Of a stretch of DNA of 64,000 bases, positions 46,248-56,434 are shown one piece after another. Below the pieces are notes generated by a model. It worked only from the letters and a program-made list of their open reading frames with translations, was not told the origin of the DNA and did no database searches. The DNA comes from Marsupella aquatica (Eukaryota; Plantae; Marchantiophyta). The stretch covers positions 16,595,958 to 16,659,957 of the forward strand of contig OZ316897.1 of the NCBI GenBank assembly GCA_973895155.1. The letters run 5' to 3'. Numbering within the stretch: position 1 is the first letter of the stretch; each line of letters starts with the position of its first letter. Position numbers and translations under genes: made by a program.

Positions 46248-48806
46248 TCAAATCTGTGTCCTAGATAAAACACCTTGAATAATCACATCCGGATAAGAAG
46301 GAATAATAGGTAGGAACGCTAAACACCTAAGCGACTTGAACCCTTGGGAAGCCGGTAGCATACATTGTTTTGTAATCAACTGCTCCCTTAGCTTAACAAG
46401 CTTCTTCTCATATTTAATTGGAATAGCAAACCCACCAGGACAAACCCAAACATAGTATGGATAGGGCCATGGAATTTCCGGCACAAGGGGCGGAAATGGA
46501 GCTTGAGCTCGTCGAAGCATATACACCCAACACCAAATTTCGAACTCCGAAAACTTATGTCGTCTGTCCTTATCAATGGGAGGAACCGCCTTCCCAGGTT
46601 CATATGTGCGAATCAAACTACGAATCCTCGGATGGGATGTCATTGGCAAAATCTGCTGCTGCTGCAAAATGCTCTCCATCTCCAGATGTCGAAAAGCTAC
46701 TCGAAAATGTTTCTTCTCCCACCTGTGAATTGAAGCCAAATTAGGGATAGGATTTCGGGGTGGCAAATCCACTGTATGCCGAAGTCGAGGAGGTACTCTG
46801 ATAATGCGAGGGTCTTCGTCTTCTTCTCCATCACTTGGTGCTCCTATCCAACGGAAAATTACATCTGGCATAGCGGAAGGAATCACTGACTCCTTAACTG
46901 GTCGAATTGGCAATGTAACAGGAGACGAAGGAGCAGAAGGTTCGGGCTCCAGTGGTTCAAATTCTTCTCTTGCAACAGTAGCTGGTTGATCTGCAATGGG
47001 ATGCATTGGTACTAAAACAGGAAGTTCTTCTTTAAAATTATCGCTAGGTAAAGAGACTTCCTGGTTAGTTCGATCTGTCAAAAGTACAGGAAGGGGTAGC
47101 TCGTCTGTTCCGATAGGTGCTTCTCCCTGTTCAAAATCCTGGGAAGATGCTTCAGGAAAGATCTGTCGACTGATAGCATGGCGCAACCGTTTCCAAGATT
47201 TTCGAGTATACGTCACTGAAAACTCCTCCCGAATGTTTTTATCCTCGTTTGTAGCCAATGAAACTGGTGCTGAGCTGGTTGTCGAAGCGGGTGTCTCGGG
47301 TACCAATATGGGTACAGATATACCCATATTACCAGATACCTGATTGCGACTCGGAAAACCAGCAGAGCCTCCTTCAGGAGAAACCCATTTTACAGGCGGA
47401 AATGAAGGAGCTCCTATCGCGGCTATTGCCTCATCTAATTCCTTAGTTATATCCAAAGGAATCGATATGAGTGAACCAGGTGTAGACCAGGCAGGGTATC
47501 TTGCGACAGATTGGGGAGAAGTCACTGGTTCACCTACTTCGTCTATATCCACAATTGCATCCTCCGAATCAACTTTAACCAGCTTCACAATTTCTGAGCT
47601 TAATATTTCTGACTCCTGGACCAGAGGGATTTCACCTATATTTGGGCTAGAACTAAGAGAGTCGGACGAATCATACTCCTGTAAAGCCTGCAAAGCATCA
47701 CTATTTGCCTCTATGGGAACCAAAACAGGGGTAGAAGTAAATCCATCATACTCGTCCTCAGCAGTAGAATGTTGAAGAGGTTCCCCTGAAAAACCTTCTT
47801 CATCCACCCTCACCTCATCTTCAACATTCATCCGAGAAGCAGAATTATCCTGATCAACATCATAAATAGGCTCGGCAGCACAAGGTGAACACGAGAGTCG
47901 AGGTGACATAGAATGCTCCAACCCTGTTGGCATTGCTGAAGGAACATCTTCGGCAACTTGAGCCTCTCTTGGTTGGTGAAGAATCGGATCGTCACTCCCT
48001 TCAGCTGATGCTCTTGTCTCTTTCAATTTCCGAACTTCACCCACCAGTTCAGGTTCCTCACAGTCGAGTATTGCACATAGCTCTACCACTGTGGAATTGG
48101 CTCGGACTTCTCGTACTTCAGGCATATAATTTGCTTCACCGGTAGATGCTCTCTGATTGTTGCGATAAAAATCTTTTTCCAAGACAAGCAGACAGTCATA
48201 CTTATGGTAAATGTGAGCTAAATAAGGGGCCAAGTAGGTACACCTTATTTTCCCCGTTTTCAGCCTGCTACGAAAATTTTTGACCTGAGTATGAATTACT
48301 CGGTGCAAAACCTTCGTCCAATTGATAGACTGCGTCTGTTCTAATGAACAGATCACCGTTGCAGCGAACGAAAGAGTGATGCGCGTCTGGCTTTCTGGGT
48401 AGAAAATTGGTGCCAGAAATCGAAATAGACGCTGCAGAGAATTATCTAAGCAGTCCGCCGCTAGCCATCCATTCCGCCTCTTGAAAGATCCTGGAGCGAA
48501 GAAGGATTCTACATAAACCCGAGGCTCACAATCAACCCTCTGTAAATCCTCGCCCTCCATCGGCGTCGAATAGACCTTCGCTATGAGCGCTTCAGTCCAA
48601 ACACTGGGACGCGAGCGCACACCAATCCTTTCTTCAGCGTCCCAGACACCTTGATCGATAAGGCTGAATTCGCAAATCTTCCAAGGAAGTTGAAGCAGCT
48701 TCTTCAAGCCCATTTTTGCCAGAGCCGTCTTCAACTGCCGCCTATGCACTGCATTCGATGGAATGTCTGCGAGTATTGGTCGCGTCGTCAGCTCAGTCTC
48801 CGCCAT
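46248..48806 (-). CDS. Extra 3' ORF of element B (852 aa, env-position ORF, function unknown)
   Basis: Intact sense ORF between pol and the 3' LTR; N-terminal domain GL..LL.LPW...NGW...C...F...INW...TYLAPYL; long acidic, low-complexity middle. Confidence 0.85.
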   Translation of the reverse strand: MAETELTTRPILADIPSNAVHRRQLKTALAKMGLKKLLQLPWKICEFSLIDQGVWDAEERIGVRSRPSVWTEALIAKVYSTPMEGEDLQRVDCEPRVYVESFFAPGSFKRRNGWLAADCLDNSLQRLFRFLAPIFYPESQTRITLSFAATVICSLEQTQSINWTKVLHRVIHTQVKNFRSRLKTGKIRCTYLAPYLAHIYHKYDCLLVLEKDFYRNNQRASTGEANYMPEVREVRANSTVVELCAILDCEEPELVGEVRKLKETRASAEGSDDPILHQPREAQVAEDVPSAMPTGLEHSMSPRLSCSPCAAEPIYDVDQDNSASRMNVEDEVRVDEEGFSGEPLQHSTAEDEYDGFTSTPVLVPIEANSDALQALQEYDSSDSLSSSPNIGEIPLVQESEILSSEIVKLVKVDSEDAIVDIDEVGEPVTSPQSVARYPAWSTPGSLISIPLDITKELDEAIAAIGAPSFPPVKWVSPEGGSAGFPSRNQVSGNMGISVPILVPETPASTTSSAPVSLATNEDKNIREEFSVTYTRKSWKRLRHAISRQIFPEASSQDFEQGEAPIGTDELPLPVLLTDRTNQEVSLPSDNFKEELPVLVPMHPIADQPATVAREEFEPLEPEPSAPSSPVTLPIRPVKESVIPSAMPDVIFRWIGAPSDGEEDEDPRIIRVPPRLRHTVDLPPRNPIPNLASIHRWEKKHFRVAFRHLEMESILQQQQILPMTSHPRIRSLIRTYEPGKAVPPIDKDRRHKFSEFEIWCWVYMLRRAQAPFPPLVPEIPWPYPYYVWVCPGGFAIPIKYEKKLVKLREQLITKQCMLPASQGFKSLRCLAFLPIIPSYPDVIIQGVLSRTQI

Positions 48807-49189
48807 CGCGTGACTTGTTAGCTCCGTAAGCTCAGTGAGAATCGTGTTCCATAGTGAACTAGGGCGAAGCGCGACTGCTTACTCCTCAGCGTCCCGTTGA
48901 GCTGTCGCAATCCGCCATTGTACAAGATGCCTAGTCATCGGCTCACAGCGTCTCATGCAACTGAACTAATACAAAAGCGGACCTCTGCACAACGTCCTTT
49001 GTAAACTAAGTGGACGCTTCCCCAGCGTCGAGTTACAATGGACGCTTTTCACAGCGTCCAATGTAAAAACTGAAAGTAACTAAAAAAAATTAAAAAAATA
49101 TGCCGAATACTTACTAGGGAGGGTCACTAATTCTAACTAAGTATAACTACCGCCCTCCACTTAAATTGCAACCTGTCCCAGGTGGAATT

Positions 49190-52162
49190 CTAAATGGAAG
49201 ACTCATAGTACCGTTTAATCCTAAACCCATTGATTCTAGTGTTAAGTGGGTGACCATCTAAGGTAGTCAATGAAACTGAACCATTATCCCAGATGTGTGT
49301 AACTCGGTAAGGACCAATCCAATGAGTATGAAGTTTCCCAGGAAATAGCATATAACGAGAATCAAAGACTAATGCTAAATCACCAACATCTAACTGCACT
49401 ACGCGCAGCTTCTTATCATAAGCAAGTTTACGCTGGTTCTGAATGGTGACTGTATGGTCTAATGCTAAAAGTCTAACTTCTTCTAATTTAACAATATTGG
49501 AAAACCGATGTGAGAGACTATCTGAAGGAGAGAGTCGGTGTGGTACCAAGATACGTTCCGTTGGTAACGAAAATTCTATTGGAATAATACTATTCAGGCC
49601 ATAGGTCAGATAGAAGGGGGTGTGAAGAGTTGTAATCTTCTCAGCGGTGCGGTAAGCCCATAATGCAGAATGGAGCTTCACATCCCAATCTGTCTTGTGA
49701 GATTCTACCATTTTATTCAGAATCTTGCCCATAATGCCATTAGCTCTCTCGGTTAAGCCATTAGCTCGGGGGTTGTAAGGAGTAGTTTTGCGATGCTTGA
49801 TAAGATAAAGGTCAGTGATTAACTCAATAGTTGAGTTAAGAAAATGCAAACCCCTATCGCTTACCAACTCCAAAGGACAACCAAACCGGGTGATAATGTG
49901 CTCAAAGAGAAATGCAGCTGCGGTTATAGCATCATTCTTGCGAGTAGCTTTCGCCTCTACCCATTTGGTGGCATAATCAGTGGCCAGAATAATATATTTG
50001 CTTCGGCTTTTCCGAGCTGCTGGAGAAATTGGGCCAATAAAATCAATCCCCCATTTCTCAAATGGTGCCAACGGAAGGATAGGCGTAAGAGGCCATTTGG
50101 AACTAGCAGTGGGCTTCCCGATCCTTTGACAGGGATCACAGGTCTTAATAAAATTGTAAGTATCTCGATGCATAGTAGGCCACCAGTATCCAGCATCCAA
50201 AATTTTCTTAACTGTGGTATTCACTGCATAATGCCCACCGGTTTCTCCTGAATGTAAAGCTTCAATTACTTGGGGAAGTTCCCTATCCTCTAGACAACGT
50301 CGCAATTGTTGATCAGGACCTTGTTTAAACAAAGTGCCCCGAATAATGGTATAGGGACCCACCTTATGAGCAAAGACAGCTCGTTCTTCCGCATTAAAGC
50401 CTTCAGGGAACGTTCCATGAAGCAGCATGTGCACAATATTAAAATATCGAGAAGACTCCCCTTCAATGTGCCACAAATGCTCGTCAGGAAATTCATCGGA
50501 GAGATTATGCTGATTCTCCGGACCAGGTAACCGAGATAGGAAGTCTGCATTCTCATGATGTTTGCCAGGTCGGACATGAACTTCATAATCAAATTCTTGG
50601 AGTAGTAAAACCCAGCGGGCTACTCGTCCTGAGAGATCCACTTGGTTAACCAAATATTTTAAGGAATTATGATCAGTGTGAAAAGTAACCTGATACCCCA
50701 ACAAATAGTGACGAAATTTCTTACACGCAAAGACGATGGCCAAAGCTTCCCGTTCAGTGACGGAGTAGTTTTTCTCGGCTGCACTCATTTGGCGGCTGGC
50801 ATAGTAAATTGGATGGTCACGGTTTTCCACATCCTTCTGACTGAGATTAGCTCCAATGCAGAACGCAGAAGAGTCAATGAAGACATGAAACTTCTTAGTC
50901 CAATCTGGGGGTGACAAAATAGGTGCAGAGATTAACCGATCCTTGAGCAACTGGAATGCTTGCTGCCGCTCCTCATTCCATGTATATTCCACATCATTTT
51001 TTAACAGTTGGGTTAAGGGTAAGGCAATATTAGCATGTTTATAAATGAACCGACGATAATACCCCACATGTCCCAGAAAAGCACGAAGCTGCTTTAAATC
51101 GGTCGGTGGTTGCAACTCCATAATTACTCTAACCTTCTCTGTATCAACCTCAATGCCGCGTTGTGAAATAACATGGCCTAACAAAATTCCCTCCTTCATA
51201 CCAATAAAGCACTTTTCTGGATGAAGACACAACTGAGCCTCTCTACACTTCTGAAATGTCTTCTCCAAATGGACGAGGTGTTCAGCCGCTGACCCGTAAA
51301 CACAAAAGTCGTCAATAAAAATCTCCATGAAATGCCGCAAATATTCTTGAAAAATAATCATCATAATGCGCTGAAAAGTACCCGGGGCATTACACAGCCC
51401 AAAAGGCATCATGGTAAATGCATATGTACCCCAGTCGGTGGTGAACGTAGTCTTGTCGCGATCCTCCTTCCGAATGGACACCTGGTTATAACCAGAGTAC
51501 CCATCTAAAAAACTGTATAACTCATGCAAGGCCACTGAATCAAGTACCAGATCAATAAATGGCAAAGGATAATGATCTTTCCGAGTGGCAGCATTCAACT
51601 TCCGGAAGTCTTGACAAACGCGAATTTTCGTTTTACCATCGGGTCCCGGCTTTTTGGGGACAATGACAATTGGTGAGACCCATTCACTACTCAAGACCGG
51701 GTAGATAAATCCAGCAGTCGTGAGCTTGTCCAACTCGTCTTTAACCAGGATGGAATATTTGGGATTCAAACGGTACTGTCTCTGTCGGACAGGTACTGCT
51801 CCTTCCATAAGGTCAATACGATGTTCGCCCAAATGTGGATGGATACCTTTTAAATCAGAATGACTCCAGGCAAAGACATCTTTATACTGGGTTAATAAAC
51901 TGATATACTGTTCCCGTAGCTCTCCTTCGATATGCTTACCAATATTCAAAAACTTGCCTGGCTCAATTTCGATTTTCTGACAAGCTTTTGGATCCACAAT
52001 TCCATCCGTGAGGTTTGCCGGCTGAAGTCCAAGTTTGGATACTTCTGGTGCAAATGGCTCAAGGGTAGCTGACACTCCCATATCATGGTGTAAATCCCTA
52101 TTAGCCTCAGTATTAGGAGGTTCGTCTGCTGCTGGGCCCACTTCCGATGATGAAGTTAATTG
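49190..52162 (-). CDS. pol: Element B pol (RT, RNase H, integrase)
   Basis: RVCQDFRKLN, FIDDF, DSS...EREAL, HHCC, WGIDF...DRG...NGLTER, WIGPY; open from the codon after the gag-PR stop. Confidence 0.96.
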   Translation of the reverse strand, partial: QLTSSSEVGPAADEPPNTEANRDLHHDMGVSATLEPFAPEVSKLGLQPANLTDGIVDPKACQKIEIEPGKFLNIGKHIEGELREQYISLLTQYKDVFAWSHSDLKGIHPHLGEHRIDLMEGAVPVRQRQYRLNPKYSILVKDELDKLTTAGFIYPVLSSEWVSPIVIVPKKPGPDGKTKIRVCQDFRKLNAATRKDHYPLPFIDLVLDSVALHELYSFLDGYSGYNQVSIRKEDRDKTTFTTDWGTYAFTMMPFGLCNAPGTFQRIMMIIFQEYLRHFMEIFIDDFCVYGSAAEHLVHLEKTFQKCREAQLCLHPEKCFIGMKEGILLGHVISQRGIEVDTEKVRVIMELQPPTDLKQLRAFLGHVGYYRRFIYKHANIALPLTQLLKNDVEYTWNEERQQAFQLLKDRLISAPILSPPDWTKKFHVFIDSSAFCIGANLSQKDVENRDHPIYYASRQMSAAEKNYSVTEREALAIVFACKKFRHYLLGYQVTFHTDHNSLKYLVNQVDLSGRVARWVLLLQEFDYEVHVRPGKHHENADFLSRLPGPENQHNLSDEFPDEHLWHIEGESSRYFNIVHMLLHGTFPEGFNAEERAVFAHKVGPYTIIRGTLFKQGPDQQLRRCLEDRELPQVIEALHSGETGGHYAVNTTVKKILDAGYWWPTMHRDTYNFIKTCDPCQRIGKPTASSKWPLTPILPLAPFEKWGIDFIGPISPAARKSRSKYIILATDYATKWVEAKATRKNDAITAAAFLFEHIITRFGCPLELVSDRGLHFLNSTIELITDLYLIKHRKTTPYNPRANGLTERANGIMGKILNKMVESHKTDWDVKLHSALWAYRTAEKITTLHTPFYLTYGLNSIIPIEFSLPTERILVPHRLSPSDSLSHRFSNIVKLEEVRLLALDHTVTIQNQRKLAYDKKLRVVQLDVGDLALVFDSRYMLFPGKLHTHWIGPYRVTHIWDNGSVSLTTLDGHPLNTRINGFRIKRYYESSI

Positions 52163-55100
52163 TCAGGAGGGCCTAGTTGGTTTTATGGGAGCATCAGACA
52201 GATAAACTTCCAAGTAACGAACTTCCTCCAGTTCAAATTCCAATGGCTGCAGGACTAGCGAAGAGGTCGAAAAATCCGAGGTGTACCCATCATCTGTTTG
52301 TGTTTCTCCAAAATGTGGTTCCGGAACCCAACTAACAGTCACCTTAGGCTTCCCAAATGAAAGCTCTTGAGATTGCCAATTAACCTGAACTTGAGCCTTA
52401 TACAACCATGGTCGGCCTAACAAAACAGGAAAGCTGGATGGTATTTCCGGATTAATAACCACATAATCCAACAGAAAAGGGACACCAGCAATCAAAGTTT
52501 CTACTCTGGTCAGCTTCCCTATGGGTACCACACGAGACTGATCCGCCATGCGCAAAATCTTGGGAGTGGGCTCAAACTTAGTGAAACCCAAATTAAATGC
52601 TGCTGACTGTGTAATCAGATTAACGCTGGCTCCTCCATCCACAGGAACTCTCCGAATGACACACCCCTGGATTTGAACCTCAATTTCCATCGGTCCTTTG
52701 TCCTCCCACTCTGTTCGTAGCACATCCACCGAAGGTAACTTCTTCTTCCTCCGTTTTCCTGCAAGGAGGCTCCTCAGCTGTCGCCTATAAACCGGATTGT
52801 CCTGTAATAATTCCCCAATGGTGATATGTGCAGGATGATTCTTGACATCTTCAACAATATCATAACCTGGATTTTTCAGTGGCTCTTTAGCTTTGACTAC
52901 TACTGGTGGGTTAGGAGATTGCACTTGCTCCTTAACTAGCTCTTCCAGATGGTCTTTCACTTCCAAAGAGATGTCGGGCAAGAAGTATTTTGGGTCATAT
53001 CGGTCATAAGCAGGGTCGTCTTCTTTGTCGAGGCCTTCCTTACATGGCTTGCGCCCTTCATCCTTGGGAGCTTTCGCGACCTTCTGATGCTCGTGCTTCT
53101 TGGTCTCCTTTTTCTTCGAACGAGTAGTTGCGTAAATATTAGTCAGAACTTTATCCCGATTCTGAACTCGATCATTCGGCATACCAACTACTTCAGGTTT
53201 CACTAAATGACTTACCAAGACATCAGGCACCACCCCGGATACTGGTTGATGAAAAAGTGAATCTGGCTTTAATTCCACCCGATTTACATCCATATGTTGA
53301 ATGAAGCTGCATTGCTCCATCTCTTCAGAATAAACCATCCGAATCTTGGCTTCAGGTCGACTTGCTTCTTTAACTGGCTCTTGAGCAAATCGAACCATCA
53401 GCCTAGGCTTAGCCGGATTCGGGCATTCCACCGGTAAGTGTCCTTCTTTTCCACAGTTCCCACAGACAGGTGTATACCCCACCTCCTGTTTGGGATAAGG
53501 GCACTGGGGTGAATAATGATCAGGTTGGCCACAATTCCAACAAGCCCCTTTTTGACGCGGCATTCCTCGTGGTGGGTATCCTCCCGGGGGTCCCATGGGT
53601 GGTCTTGACGTTGGTTTATTGAAAGTGGGCTTAGGTGGTCCCCAAGTCGGTCTGGAAGCAGGAGGTGGTGGGAAATACTGTCCAGGGGGTGCTGTTTGGA
53701 CGGTATACGTGGGATCGTACTCATACTCCTCAGCCTCTTCTTGACCATCTACATAATTCACCGGGGTTCGTAATGTGGGGCACTCGTTCGGGTAATGGCC
53801 CTGCTGACTGCATCGGGTGCACCATACGTTCATTCTCATGGGAGCAGGCAACCTTCGTACTGGTTTTACCGCGGCGATATTGACATTCAACTTGGACAAT
53901 TGGCCAGAGAGTTCTTCCATCATGCGATCCATCTTCTTCTGGTTGGGAACTTTATTATTCCCTTTTACAGAGGATTTCTTCTTTTTAGGAGCAACGGATT
54001 CTGAGTCGGAACTTGAGCTTGAACTATCACTAGTGCTCGAATTTGTACTCTCGTCCTCCTCACTAGTGCTACTTCCACTTGATTCCGTCTCCGAGTCAGA
54101 TTTAGACCTGGACGTTTTCTTCTTCTTTCTTTTGTCTTTCTTCAGGTCCTTCTTAACTCGTTTTCTCTCTGAAATCTCCGAGTCTACGTACTTCTGGGCT
54201 GCCTCTTGTACTTCTTCCAAAGTGGTGCCACCTTCTCGTCTCACGTAACGAGCAATCCTGGAGGGTAAACCGTTAATAAACCAGTCCTTGATAGTAGATT
54301 TCGAGGTAGCTGGATTATATTGATCTACCAAATCCAATAATTTGTCGGCATATTTCCTCACAGACCCATGTTTCTTCATGTGCAGATGTGAGATTCGGGC
54401 AAAGGCACGCGCAGCTGCTCCTTCTTCTTTATATTTGGCCAAGAAAGCAGCCTTCAATTTCCCCCAATCCTGCTTGTCCGGAAAACGGTCATACCATTTC
54501 TGAGCACCCTTTTTCATTAGACCACCAAACAGATTGGCTTTTTCAGCGTCTTGACTCTGTCCATTGGATGCAGCTGCAGCTTCAAATTCTTTCAAATACA
54601 CCTCTGCATCCTCCTTGGAAGTACCGAAGAACCGGTCGTACCTCACATTATTTCGAGCCATCGTGGTTGGAGCTAGGAGGGTAACGAAAGGAAGAGCTGA
54701 TCGGGTAGCAAATGGGTTTGGGCTGCCCAAGCCTGAACTGCTGCTTGTCTCACTAGAAGACGAACCACCGGCTTCACTCAGTGGTTCTGGATTATCCAAT
54801 TGTGAAAGATCGACAGAATTATCTTGGGCCAGCGATTCTGCAACTGTATTCTCGGGCAAACCCAAATTTCTTCCTTCGGTATGAGATAAGGCCCTCTCAG
54901 TGGTACTATCCACACCAGAGTCAATTTGGTTCACCGAACGTACTGTCTGCTGGCGGAGCTTGGTCTTTTGAGAACCAATAAGTTTTGGACCTGAACGAAG
55001 ATTTACAAACAGGGGTCGGGTCGACGTGGGCCTTTCCAAAGAGCCACTTGCCTCTTGAATAGATCCCACTTGTTTCCACACACTACCCGGTGCAGGTGCT

Positions 55101-55216
55101 CCTGGTGACTGGAATTCGGGTAACAATGTGCGAGGGGTCACTACTAATTTTGCAGCATCCGAATTACTGGAGGTCTTGGTAGGTTTTCTTTTATTCGGTG
55201 GATCTCCCTCAGACAT
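52163..55216 (-). CDS. gag: Element B gag-protease (1017 aa)
   Basis: Capsid-like region; three CCHC knuckles (CTRC, CWNC, CGNC); protease VDGGAS...LLGRPW. Confidence 0.95.
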   Translation of the reverse strand: MSEGDPPNKRKPTKTSSNSDAAKLVVTPRTLLPEFQSPGAPAPGSVWKQVGSIQEASGSLERPTSTRPLFVNLRSGPKLIGSQKTKLRQQTVRSVNQIDSGVDSTTERALSHTEGRNLGLPENTVAESLAQDNSVDLSQLDNPEPLSEAGGSSSSETSSSSGLGSPNPFATRSALPFVTLLAPTTMARNNVRYDRFFGTSKEDAEVYLKEFEAAAASNGQSQDAEKANLFGGLMKKGAQKWYDRFPDKQDWGKLKAAFLAKYKEEGAAARAFARISHLHMKKHGSVRKYADKLLDLVDQYNPATSKSTIKDWFINGLPSRIARYVRREGGTTLEEVQEAAQKYVDSEISERKRVKKDLKKDKRKKKKTSRSKSDSETESSGSSTSEEDESTNSSTSDSSSSSSDSESVAPKKKKSSVKGNNKVPNQKKMDRMMEELSGQLSKLNVNIAAVKPVRRLPAPMRMNVWCTRCSQQGHYPNECPTLRTPVNYVDGQEEAEEYEYDPTYTVQTAPPGQYFPPPPASRPTWGPPKPTFNKPTSRPPMGPPGGYPPRGMPRQKGACWNCGQPDHYSPQCPYPKQEVGYTPVCGNCGKEGHLPVECPNPAKPRLMVRFAQEPVKEASRPEAKIRMVYSEEMEQCSFIQHMDVNRVELKPDSLFHQPVSGVVPDVLVSHLVKPEVVGMPNDRVQNRDKVLTNIYATTRSKKKETKKHEHQKVAKAPKDEGRKPCKEGLDKEDDPAYDRYDPKYFLPDISLEVKDHLEELVKEQVQSPNPPVVVKAKEPLKNPGYDIVEDVKNHPAHITIGELLQDNPVYRRQLRSLLAGKRRKKKLPSVDVLRTEWEDKGPMEIEVQIQGCVIRRVPVDGGASVNLITQSAAFNLGFTKFEPTPKILRMADQSRVVPIGKLTRVETLIAGVPFLLDYVVINPEIPSSFPVLLGRPWLYKAQVQVNWQSQELSFGKPKVTVSWVPEPHFGETQTDDGYTSDFSTSSLVLQPLEFELEEVRYLEVYLSDAPIKPTRPS

Positions 55217-56410
55217 CCCTCATTCTCCAAGCACGGGTGATTTTGAGACACCAGACCCGCTCCTCAGGAGTCTTTATGCAAGGAGTCACCATTTAGGTGC
55301 GACGTTATCACCCCACTCCGGGAGATATGAACCTGCTTCCTCAAAGTGACTTCCCGTAGCGTCGTTCAACATCCCTTGCATGATTCCTCCCCCTTGCTAT
55401 CCCGTAGCTAATACTTCCCTTCAGTGACCAGCCGAGATTCTAAAACCTCGTTTTCTCTGGTGCGTCCTTCAGGTTGAGACGCGGAAAGGCACACCAGAAG
55501 CGTCGCGCACGTTGGTTCGTCACAGATTCCACCGGACGCTGCTCACAGCGTCCACTGGGATCGGACGCTACTCGAAGCGTCCTGACTTGCGGAATCTTCT
55601 GGGACGAATCGCATTGGACGCTCTTCGCGGCGTCCTTCCTTATCTCCTTTACGGTGGCGATTACTGGAACCGGGCGTTCCCCATAATCTCCGACTTCCTT
55701 CACCCTGAAATTTCTTTACCACATGGTACGCTACACTAGGCCATCCTACTAATCAGACGTCTAACTCCTTCCTAATCTTCTACGCAATTCCTGGTGCATG
55801 ATTCTTTCCGCTAACTCCCGAATGGAAATGACTAAATATCACTCCTGTGTGATCCTACCATTCAGCCTTAATATTACTAAATGCAAACTTTCATCTTCCC
55901 ACCAGGTGATAGTTAACCAATGTATGCCATTCCTCCCTCTCAGGCTCAGAACCCAAGAATTAACATAACGATTCCTCAAATTCCTAATTCTTAATGTTCC
56001 CAAAGATCGGATAGGTGGCATCGGTCACACGAACCAGGATGGTTGGACAATTTTACAAATCATACGTCCCGAGCAACGTTAGAATAACTTCACTTGTCAC
56101 TCAAAGTGTCTTTGGTGTCTTCGACTATCTCCAAAGCAACTTGACGAGCAACAGCTCCTCTCTGTGAGGCCTTTTCTGGTGGGAGGGCGGTTTCTTCTCT
56201 TAAGTTTGGCACCACAAATTTTTCCAATACTCTTAAGAGAGCTTCCGGGGCGCTTTGGATAGAGTACGGCATCACCTCGAAATGGAAGCTCTTCATCTTT
56301 TTAACTGGAGTGATGACGCATCTTCACAATTATAGTAGAACGTGAATTCCTCTCCCGTCTAGCTCCTTCTGGCATACACTGCCTGTACGTCAATTCAATC
56401 TTAAATTCGT

Positions 56411-56428
56411 TCCCCGGCAGCGGCGCCA
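56411..56428 (-). promoter_or_regulatory. Primer-binding site, tRNA-Asp type
   Basis: Minus strand TGGCGCCGCTGCCGGGGA, 6 nt from the 5' LTR; one change from the Athila-type TGGCGCCGTTGCCGGGGA. Confidence 0.88.
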
Positions 56429-56434
56429 AAAAGA

